DNA of 8,396 bases, from IMG/VR virus record IMGVR_UViG_2778261464_000009, positions 1 to 8,396 of that record; one strand, written 5' to 3'. Under the pieces are notes generated by a model. That model was not told the origin of the DNA, did no database searches, and saw nothing but the letters and a program-made list of their open reading frames with translations. A program made the translations under genes and the position numbers. Positions 1 through 5,901 of this stretch are shown here, piece after piece (the first letter of the stretch is position 1; every line of letters starts with the position of its first letter). Source of the DNA: a virus (taxonomy: Duplodnaviria; Heunggongvirae; Uroviricota; Caudoviricetes).

Positions 1-69
1 AATAATTTCTGGTCAGACTCTGAATACCGACTCAATAAACACGGCTCTGTATTAAATGCTGTATTAATC

Positions 70-267
70 ATGCTGGCGCAACATGCTCTGCTTATAGCAA
101 TTTCAAGCGACTTAAATGCATATGGTGTTGTGTGTGAGTTCGACTGGAATGATGGAAATGGTCAGGAAGGATGGCCTCCAATGGATGGTAGCGAAGGAAT
201 AAGAATTACCGATATCGATACATCAGGAATATTTGATTCAGATGATATGACTATCAAGGCCGCCTGA
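70..267 (+). CDS. Hypothetical acidic protein; may be the C-terminal part of a longer CDS, since this frame has no stop back to position 1
   Basis: ORF track 70..267; the same frame is open from nt 1. No Shine-Dalgarno before ATG 70, so the true start may lie upstream of the window. A GC hairpin follows the stop. Confidence 0.3.
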   Translation: MLAQHALLIAISSDLNAYGVVCEFDWNDGNGQEGWPPMDGSEGIRITDIDTSGIFDSDDMTIKAA

Positions 268-342
268 GTGCGGCTTTACCGCATACCAATAACGCTTCAC
301 TCGAGGCGTTTTCGTTATGCAATCAAACAGAAGGAGAATCCT

Positions 343-513
343 ATGCAACAGTTCGCTATTGCAGGGGCGGCATCGGTTCGCCCTTTCAACCCGATTTTAT
401 CGGTACAGCATTCACGAAAAAATATTTTAACCGGAGCAGACTTTAAACAACCAAGAATGAAAAGTTTGCTCGAAAAGCTTTGGGATATTTTTAAACAACA
501 AGGCCGTCCATGA
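343..513 (+). CDS. Small hypothetical phage protein (56 aa); the track ORF 268..513 trimmed to the RBS-supported start
   Basis: AGGAG at 332-336 sits 6 nt before ATG 343. The stop TGA 511-513 overlaps a downstream ATG at 510 (ATGA). Confidence 0.35.
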   Translation: MQQFAIAGAASVRPFNPILSVQHSRKNILTGADFKQPRMKSLLEKLWDIFKQQGRP

Positions 514-620
514 GTTTTACAGATAACTGGTCAGACGAAGAATTCATTCGTCAGATGAAAGAAATGCTCAATCAGCACAAAGAACAGGAGAAAGATGATG
601 ATTCTGACTCTGAAAGATGA
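510..620 (+). CDS. Possible 36-aa acidic micro-ORF (MSFTDNWSDEEFIRQMKEMLNQHKEQEKDDDSDSER)
   Basis: ATG 510 overlaps the upstream stop. Weak RBS (AAGG). It overlaps the next CDS by 26 nt in another frame. Not in the ORF track because of its size. Confidence 0.2.
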   Translation: MSFTDNWSDEEFIRQMKEMLNQHKEQEKDDDSDSER

Positions 621-906
621 GCGTGAAATATCGCAAATAATCGCAAGTTTTACTGATGAAGATTACGAACGAATCAACAGTGAAGTTGATCGCCTCTGCA
701 AACGTTGCGACCCAATAAGCGAAATGCTTCGCTCATATAAACCAGATGAACACACTAAGGACGCTATCGACTGGCTGGAAGATTATGACTGTAACTATCA
801 GGAAAAAGCCGCTGAATGGTTCTGGGATGCAATAACCGAAAGAGTTAAGGCTGAATATGCCTTCGCAATATTCAAACGCAGACACGTTTATGGAGAAGCA
901 GCATGA
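595..906 (+). CDS. Hypothetical phage protein (103 aa), translationally coupled to recT
   Basis: AGGAG at 586-590; ATG at 595 and 598 (598 gives the better spacing). Stop TGA 904-906 overlaps the recT ATG 903 (ATGA). No recognisable family. Confidence 0.55.
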   Translation: MMILTLKDEREISQIIASFTDEDYERINSEVDRLCKRCDPISEMLRSYKPDEHTKDAIDWLEDYDCNYQEKAAEWFWDAITERVKAEYAFAIFKRRHVYGEAA

Positions 907-1814
907 GCAATATCGTTGAATTCGTTAAACAGCAAGAGCAGTTATTCTGCGGAGCATTGACTGAACAGACGGTGACATGGGCTAAGGAAAGCCAGTTTGC
1001 AATTCAGTATTTCCAGAAAAATGATTACCTGGCTAAAACAGCACTGGCAAATCCAACCAGCGCACAGAACGCCATCATCAATGTTGCGGCGATCGGTATC
1101 ACCTTAAACCCGGCTAGCAAACTGGCTTATCTGGTTCCGCGCGACGGCATGGTGTGCCTTGATATCAGTTATATGGGATTGCTCCATATTGCAATGGAGT
1201 CTGGTGTTATCTCATGGGGTCAGGCAAAACTTGTTCATGCTAACGATACCTATGAGTCAAACGGGCTTGATAAAGCACCAACCCATAAATACAACGCCTT
1301 CGGTGATCGTGGTGATATTGTTGGCGTTTACTGCACAGTTAAGACGCCAGCAGGTGATTATCTAACGGAAGAGATGAGTCTGGCTGAAATTGAGGCTGTA
1401 AGGAAAACAAGCAAGGCAGCATTCAGCGATAAAGGACCATGGGTAAATCACTGGAATGAGATGGCGCGAAAGACGGTCGTAAAGCGTGCAAGCAAGTATT
1501 GGCCTAAGGCATCACGTCTTGATAGTGCTATTCACGTACTAAACGAAGAAGAAGGTGTGTGGACTGAACCAGTTATGCCGCACAAATCAGAGGAAGATAT
1601 CCGCGAAGATGAACGGAAACGCCAGCAGGAAATAATGGATAAAGCACAACTTCTTTGCGATGAAATGGCTCAGGCAGAAAACATGGATGATTTGAAGCGA
1701 TATTTTGCAGAAGCATATCGCCTGACATCTGGAATGAAATTGCAGCAGAACGTACAAGCCATTTACATAGAATGCAAAGCGAAACTGGAGGTTGCCAGTG
1801 AGCAAACTGTATGA
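903..1814 (+). CDS. recT: RecT-family single-strand annealing recombinase
   Basis: 303-aa product with the segment GPWVNHWNEMARKTVVKRASKYWP, which closely matches the conserved E. coli RecT region GPWVTHWEEMAKKTAIRRLFKYLP as recalled. GGAG 7 nt upstream of ATG 903. Confidence 0.85.
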   Translation: MSNIVEFVKQQEQLFCGALTEQTVTWAKESQFAIQYFQKNDYLAKTALANPTSAQNAIINVAAIGITLNPASKLAYLVPRDGMVCLDISYMGLLHIAMESGVISWGQAKLVHANDTYESNGLDKAPTHKYNAFGDRGDIVGVYCTVKTPAGDYLTEEMSLAEIEAVRKTSKAAFSDKGPWVNHWNEMARKTVVKRASKYWPKASRLDSAIHVLNEEEGVWTEPVMPHKSEEDIREDERKRQQEIMDKAQLLCDEMAQAENMDDLKRYFAEAYRLTSGMKLQQNVQAIYIECKAKLEVASEQTV

Positions 1815-2280
1815 AATTGCCAATGAATACGCAAAATTGATGGATTCAGATTTAGAACCAGAGATGATTGCTGACACAATAGAAGGCATGGAAGGAGAAT
1901 TTACCGATAAAATAGAGCAACTTCTTGCCATTATTAAAAATGAATCTGGTTATGCTGAACGCCTCAAGGAAGAGGCAAGGTCGCTGAATGAGCGAGCCGC
2001 AGTAATTCAAAATAAGATTGACAGCATTATGGCGTATATAGCGGCATCGCTTGAAATGGTTGGCAAGAAAAAGATTCGAGCAGGTATTCACCAGGTAACA
2101 ATCCGCAAACCGTCAGAAATTGTAGAAATAATCGACTCAAGCGCCCTTCCTCCTGAATACGTTGAGTTTGAAACGACAATTAAAGCCGACAAACTGGCAA
2201 TCAAACACCAACTAAAAGCAGGAATAAATATCCCCGGTGCTCAACTCAAAGTTGGGAAACCTTCACTTCTTATCAAATAA
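1798..2280 (+). CDS. Siphovirus Gp157-family protein (often partnered with phage annealing proteins)
   Basis: N-terminal LYEIANEYAKL...IADTIEGMEGEF, then a coiled-coil, then a C-terminal VTIRKPSEIVEIID...LPPEYV...IPGAQL pattern, consistent with the Gp157 family as recalled. GGAGG at 1787-1791 is 6 nt before GTG 1798; the track start TTG 1792 is the alternative. Overlaps the recT 3' end. Confidence 0.6.
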   Translation: MSKLYEIANEYAKLMDSDLEPEMIADTIEGMEGEFTDKIEQLLAIIKNESGYAERLKEEARSLNERAAVIQNKIDSIMAYIAASLEMVGKKKIRAGIHQVTIRKPSEIVEIIDSSALPPEYVEFETTIKADKLAIKHQLKAGINIPGAQLKVGKPSLLIK

Positions 2281-2291
2281 CGGTATCGCCT

Positions 2292-2606
2292 ATGAAAAAG
2301 ACTCCATGGGAGAAATGGGAAGTCGATTTCTTGCGCGAGGTAGCGGCGACAATGCCAGTTGAAGTTATCGCAGAAAAACTGGAAAGGACTGAAAAAGCAG
2401 TAATGGCGAAAGCAACAAGGATTGGCGCTGACATTGTTAGCCGACTTCGTGGAAGACGCTGGACAAGAGCCGAAGTATCACTTTTCGGTAAGTTCTCCGC
2501 AGAAGAAATAGCAATTGCAACCTGCCGCTCAATTTATTCAGTAAGAGCTATGCGATACAAGCTAAAAAAACTCGATGAAGAAAGAGCAGGCATACAAATA
2601 AATTAA
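2292..2606 (+). CDS. Hypothetical protein (104 aa) with two internal helix-rich repeats, possibly a Myb/HTH-like DNA-binding fold
   Basis: ORF track. Two similar segments ([32 protein letters not shown] and [31 protein letters not shown]). Weak RBS. Confidence 0.5.
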   Translation: MKKTPWEKWEVDFLREVAATMPVEVIAEKLERTEKAVMAKATRIGADIVSRLRGRRWTRAEVSLFGKFSAEEIAIATCRSIYSVRAMRYKLKKLDEERAGIQIN

Positions 2607-2622
2607 CAAAGAGGAATTTACC

Positions 2623-2787
2623 ATGAGAGGGCTTGCATACAATCCCGGCATTCTTCCGGCAGAAATGATTATTCGCCAACGCGTAAAGCCAATGCCATCG
2701 AGAGAGGAATTGCTTAAGAGAAATTCTTTTCCATCAGTAAATCAAAACAAATATCTGAATGCGATGTGGCGGAGTGGGAAGAAATGA
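2623..2787 (+). CDS. Small hypothetical protein (54 aa, basic)
   Basis: AAGAGG RBS before ATG 2623. Stop TGA 2785-2787 overlaps ATG 2784 of the next CDS (ATGA). Below the track length cutoff. Confidence 0.3.
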   Translation: MRGLAYNPGILPAEMIIRQRVKPMPSREELLKRNSFPSVNQNKYLNAMWRSGKK

Positions 2788-3266
2788 AACAAATGTCACT
2801 AATTGAGATGGATGATTTTCTGAAAGGTAAATGCATCCCACGAGATTTAAAGGTTAACGAAACAAACGCTGAATATCTGGTGCGTAAATTTGCTGAAGCG
2901 GAGGCCAAGTGCGCGGCGCTGGCCGAAGACCAACAGAAAGCGATTGAGTCAATTAAGCAGGCTGATGCGGCTGTTAAGTTGGCACACGAGAAGTTTTCGG
3001 CGCTGGCGGCGGAGAATGCGGGTCTGAAACACGCAATGGCCGTAACTCTTGAGCATGTGTCGGTAACGGATGCAGGGCAGGCCGGAGTTGCTGCAATGAT
3101 TATCAACGATGCCCTACACCACAGCGAAACCCCAACCACCGATGCTTTCCTGGCTGAAGTACGGGCGCAGGGGGTAGAGATGTTTGCTGACCATCTGTTG
3201 TGCCCAGACCTTGATGACACTATCCGTGACTTTGCTGCCCAGCTTCGCAAAGGAGGCAACCAGTGA
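2784..3266 (+). CDS. Ala-rich coiled-coil phage protein, possibly an Ea22-like module
   Basis: Track ORF 2766..3266. ATG 2784 is preferred because of the ATGA coupling and a GGAG at 2770-2773; GTG 2766 is the alternative. The stop overlaps the next start (GTGA). Confidence 0.55.
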   Translation: MKQMSLIEMDDFLKGKCIPRDLKVNETNAEYLVRKFAEAEAKCAALAEDQQKAIESIKQADAAVKLAHEKFSALAAENAGLKHAMAVTLEHVSVTDAGQAGVAAMIINDALHHSETPTTDAFLAEVRAQGVEMFADHLLCPDLDDTIRDFAAQLRKGGNQ

Positions 3267-3832
3267 GCGAAATTAATTACCAGGCACTGCGTGAGGCGGC
3301 AGAGAAAGCAACGTGGGGAGACTGGGACTCATATAAACCACACCGTGGCGCACGTGGTTATGAGGTCCGACTAAGTAGTCAGGCCATTGCGCAACACGTC
3401 CTGAAAAACAACGCTGAATTTATTGCTGCCTTTAATCCAAAGATTGCTTTGGCACTACTGGATGAACGGGAAAGAAACCAGCAATACATCAAACGCCGCG
3501 ACCAGGAGAACGAGGATATTGCGCTAACAGTAGGGAAGCTGAGAGTTGAGCTGGAAGCCGCAGAGAAGCGCATTGCAGAGCTGGAAAGCAACGAAGTCCG
3601 TGAAGTCGGAAATCAGTTTCTTGTTGTTCGCCATCCTGGGAAAACTCCTGTCATCAAGCACTGCACTGGTGACCTGGAAGAGTTTCTGCGGAAGTTAATC
3701 GAACAAGACCCGTTAGTAACTATCGACATCATTACGCATCGCTATTACGGGATTGGCGGTCAATGGGTTCAGGATGCAGTTGAGTATCTGCATATGATGT
3801 CTGACGCTGGCATTCGCATCAAAGGAGAGTGA
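3263..3832 (+). CDS. Ead/Ea22-like family protein
   Basis: AGGAGG at 3251-3256 is 6 nt before GTG 3263. The N-terminus [17 protein letters not shown]... resembles prophage Ea22-like proteins as recalled; central coiled-coil. Position between the recombination module and xis matches lambda ea22. Confidence 0.55.
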   Translation: MSEINYQALREAAEKATWGDWDSYKPHRGARGYEVRLSSQAIAQHVLKNNAEFIAAFNPKIALALLDERERNQQYIKRRDQENEDIALTVGKLRVELEAAEKRIAELESNEVREVGNQFLVVRHPGKTPVIKHCTGDLEEFLRKLIEQDPLVTIDIITHRYYGIGGQWVQDAVEYLHMMSDAGIRIKGE

Positions 3833-3833
3833 T

Positions 3834-4043
3834 ATGGCTATCGCTGCAAGTTACACCATGCATCTCTATTGTGATTGCCTCCAGTGTACAGATGGCAAAT
3901 ATAAGTCGCCAGACTTCGGTGAGTATATCGGTACGTCATGGGCTGGCTGTGCAAAAGAGGCGCGCAAGGACGGCTGGCGAATAAGCAAAGACAAAACACG
4001 TGCTTTTGCGCCCGGGCATAAAGTTTTGAGGATTAACAAATGA
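3834..4043 (+). CDS. Small Cys-rich protein (69 aa), possible zinc-ribbon
   Basis: AGGAG at 3823-3827 before ATG 3834. The CDC-x2-C motif plus a further Cys suggests metal binding. Stop TGA 4041-4043 overlaps ATG 4040. Confidence 0.5.
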   Translation: MAIAASYTMHLYCDCLQCTDGKYKSPDFGEYIGTSWAGCAKEARKDGWRISKDKTRAFAPGHKVLRINK

Positions 4044-4738
4044 CAACTATTACCAGAGAGCGACTGCTGACAATCAGGCAGTGGCGCGAAACATACGGAC
4101 CGGGTAGCAACGTTGTACTGCCAGCAGAAGAAGCGGAAGAACTGGCACGAATTGCACTGGCATCGATCGAAGCGGAGCCTGTAGCGTGGAAATGGCGGCT
4201 TACTAGTCTTTTTGACGGTGTGCAAATTGGCCCGTGGCGGGTGTGTCTTGCGCCACTATCACCCGGCAAGGGGGATGGGTGCAAGACAGAAGCTATTCCA
4301 CTTTACACCGCCCCGCCAGTACCGGTGGTACCTGCTGCATTACCTGAGAACGACGATGAGGACGGGCATGACATTGATTATCTTGAGCCATCTGAAGTTT
4401 ACGCGCTTGGGCGAACATCTGGCTGGAACGCCTGCCGCGCTGCCATGCTTCATAGTGCCGAACCTGTAAGCCAGGCTTACAAGTTGAACGCGCTGGCTGG
4501 CAACTCTCCGGTAACTCCGGATGGTTGGATAAGCTGTAGTGAGCGAATGCCGAACGATAAACAGTATGTTTGGTGTTGGGGTAAGTCTTACGGTTGGACT
4601 GAGTGCGATACCTTCGAAGGGTATTACGATTGGTCGAGAAACAAATGGTGGGCAGTTACTGACGATGGGGAAGAGCCGGCATCGAAAGTAACCCACTGGA
4701 TGCCGCTGCCAGAACCGCCGGAGCAGGATGGTGAATGA
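4040..4738 (+). CDS. DUF551-domain prophage protein (232 aa)
   Basis: The C-terminal region (PDGWISCSERMPNDKQYVWCW...VTHWMPLPEPP) matches the DUF551 signature as recalled. The N-terminal half is a separate, unrecognised domain. Confidence 0.6.
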   Translation: MTTITRERLLTIRQWRETYGPGSNVVLPAEEAEELARIALASIEAEPVAWKWRLTSLFDGVQIGPWRVCLAPLSPGKGDGCKTEAIPLYTAPPVPVVPAALPENDDEDGHDIDYLEPSEVYALGRTSGWNACRAAMLHSAEPVSQAYKLNALAGNSPVTPDGWISCSERMPNDKQYVWCWGKSYGWTECDTFEGYYDWSRNKWWAVTDDGEEPASKVTHWMPLPEPPEQDGE

Positions 4739-4824
4739 TGCCGCCAGTTAAAGTTGTGATTATCACTTTGGTGATGATAGTGATTGCGAGAATCATGTCT
4801 GGTGAAGTTTGGTGGATATGGTAA
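4735..4824 (+). CDS. Predicted 29-aa hydrophobic single-helix membrane peptide (MMPPVKVVIITLVMIVIARIMSGEVWWIW)
   Basis: ATG 4735 overlaps the upstream stop TGA 4736-4738. One continuous hydrophobic stretch with a Trp-rich C-terminus. Two hairpin-plus-T-tract structures follow directly. Confidence 0.3.
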   Translation: MMPPVKVVIITLVMIVIARIMSGEVWWIW

Positions 4825-4857
4825 TGGCTAAGGCAGCAGCAGAGCGCAACTAACAAT

Positions 4858-4882
4858 CCTCGCTCTCGCGGGGATTTCTTTT
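4858..4882 (+). terminator. Putative intrinsic terminator (first of a tandem pair)
   Basis: Stem CCTCGC/GCGGGG (5 Watson-Crick pairs plus one G-U) with loop TCTC, followed by ATTTCTTTT. Confidence 0.4.
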
Positions 4883-4887
4883 ATCTG

Positions 4888-4912
4888 AACTCGCTACGGC
4901 GAGTTTTGTTTT
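4888..4912 (+). terminator. Putative intrinsic terminator (second of the pair)
   Basis: Perfect 7-bp stem AACTCGC/GCGAGTT with loop TACG, followed by TTGTTTT. Confidence 0.45.
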
Positions 4913-4925
4913 ATGGAGATGATAA

Positions 4926-5093
4926 ATGCACTTCCGAGTCACAGGAGAATGGAATGGAGAGCCATTCAACAGAGTTATCGAAGCAGAGAACATCAACGAC
5001 TGCTATGACCACTGGATGCTATGGGCGCAGATAGCACATGCAGACGTAACCAATATTCGAATTGAAGAACTGAAAGAACACCAAGCCGCCTGA
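4926..5093 (+). CDS. Small hypothetical protein (55 aa)
   Basis: GGAG at 4915-4918 is 7 nt before ATG 4926. Product MHFRVTGEWNGEPFNRVIEAENINDCYDHWMLWAQIAHADVTNIRIEELKEHQAA. The stop lies inside a terminator hairpin. Below the track cutoff. Confidence 0.45.
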   Translation: MHFRVTGEWNGEPFNRVIEAENINDCYDHWMLWAQIAHADVTNIRIEELKEHQAA

Positions 5094-5108
5094 TGGCGGT
5101 TTTTTATT
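5083..5108 (+). terminator. Putative intrinsic terminator
   Basis: GC stem GCCGCC/GGCGG(T) with loop TGAT, followed by TTTTTTATT. Confidence 0.45.
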
Positions 5109-5119
5109 GGAGACAAGAA

Positions 5120-5464
5120 ATGTCAGATTTGGCTATGAAGGTTTTGAAATGGCAATCGACTGGCGATGTTGGCATCAGTAGCGCAACTCTTGCCTCAATC
5201 GCATGTGGACTGAAAAAGAATATCTATGGTCATAGCTTCGGTGCTCCACATGACGCAGCCGATTTCCGACGATGCGTTGCGCTTGTCGAGCAGATTCCAG
5301 AAATCAGGGATTCATTCGACAAGGTTGCAAAGCGCGTTCCGGCATTCAAAGGAATCCTCAACGAATGGGATTCCCTCGTTGCTCTGTTGAAGTCTGAAAT
5401 GAAGATACACGGAAACAAAGCACCAGAGACTTACAGAAGAATCAGCGAGCTACGCAAGGACTAA
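5120..5464 (+). CDS. Hypothetical protein (114 aa), uncharacterised accessory gene just upstream of xis
   Basis: Track ORF 5093..5464 trimmed to ATG 5120, which has a GGAG at 5109-5112 with 7-nt spacing; ATG 5093 sits inside the terminator stem. No recognisable family. Confidence 0.55.
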   Translation: MSDLAMKVLKWQSTGDVGISSATLASIACGLKKNIYGHSFGAPHDAADFRRCVALVEQIPEIRDSFDKVAKRVPAFKGILNEWDSLVALLKSEMKIHGNKAPETYRRISELRKD

Positions 5465-5553
5465 CCACAGCCTCACACTCGATGAGGCCTGTTCATTTCT
5501 CAAGATATCCAGACCTACCGCAATAATACCAACGCAATAAATGGAGATTCCAG

Positions 5554-5901
5554 GTGGAAGAAGAAATCTTCACTCGTGAAGAGGCTGCGTCGTATCTGAA
5601 GGTAGACAAAGGCACTATCACGCAGTGGATACGAAGTGGACGACTTCAAGCCGCAAAGATAAATCCAGATAAACCTAAAAGCCCATATCGCATTTGCAAG
5701 TCAGACTGCATTGCGGCGCTTAAGTCTGTGAGACACAATAGCGCGGTGAATGCGGTTGATGTGCAGGAGGTTAAAGCATGTCAATCAAACTACGCGGTGG
5801 CACGTGGCACTGCGATTTCGTCGCGCCAGATGGATCAAGAGTTAGACGCTCTCTTGAAACATCGGACAAAAGGCAAGCGCAAGAACTTCACGATCGTCTG
5901 A
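5554..5901 (+). CDS. xis: Excisionase-family DNA-binding protein (Xis)
   Basis: N-terminal FTREEAASYLKVDKGTITQWIRSGRLQAAKI matches the excisionase-family HTH pattern. GGAG is 7 nt before GTG 5554. It lies directly upstream of int and overlaps it by 124 nt in another frame; the 3' extent is uncertain. Confidence 0.6.
   Translation: MEEEIFTREEAASYLKVDKGTITQWIRSGRLQAAKINPDKPKSPYRICKSDCIAALKSVRHNSAVNAVDVQEVKACQSNYAVARGTAISSRQMDQELDALLKHRTKGKRKNFTIV

Noticed and set aside
47-67. Possible LexA (SOS) box suggested by the CTGTAT motifs
   Set aside because: A LexA box needs CTGT-N8-ACAG dyad symmetry. Here the motif is a direct repeat, not an inverted one.
268-342. 5' extension of the track ORF 268..513
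   Set aside because: Position 268 directly follows the upstream stop with no RBS. An internal ATG at 343 has a near-ideal AGGAG with 6-nt spacing, so the shorter CDS is preferred.
1159-1365. + strand ORF 1159..1365 (68 aa)
   Set aside because: Wholly inside recT in another frame, with a hydrophobic low-complexity product.
1587-2091. - strand ORFs 1587..1931 and 1852..2091
   Set aside because: Antisense to recT and the Gp157-like gene. Low-complexity hydrophobic products. All supported phage genes are on the + strand and coupled.
2714-3259. 181-aa ORF on the - strand
   Set aside because: Lies antisense to the Ala-rich, GC-rich coiled-coil CDS 2784-3266. Its Ser/Ala/Cys-rich low-complexity product is the usual artefact of reading such a region backwards, and it has no RBS.
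3379-4856. - strand ORFs 3379..3591, 3866..4225, 4033..4284, 4340..4696, 4656..4856 and + strand ORF 4212..4469
   Set aside because: All lie within, and out of frame with or antisense to, the better-supported CDSs 3263-3832 and 4040-4738. No start signals.
5093-5119. ATG 5093 as the start of the 114-aa ORF
   Set aside because: It sits inside the terminator hairpin and overlaps the upstream stop without an RBS. ATG 5120 has a GGAG at 7-nt spacing.
5470-5488. Hairpin GCCTCA/TGAGGC after the 114-aa ORF as a terminator
   Set aside because: A 6-bp stem with a 7-nt loop and no following T-tract. It may be a structured element but is too weak to call a terminator.
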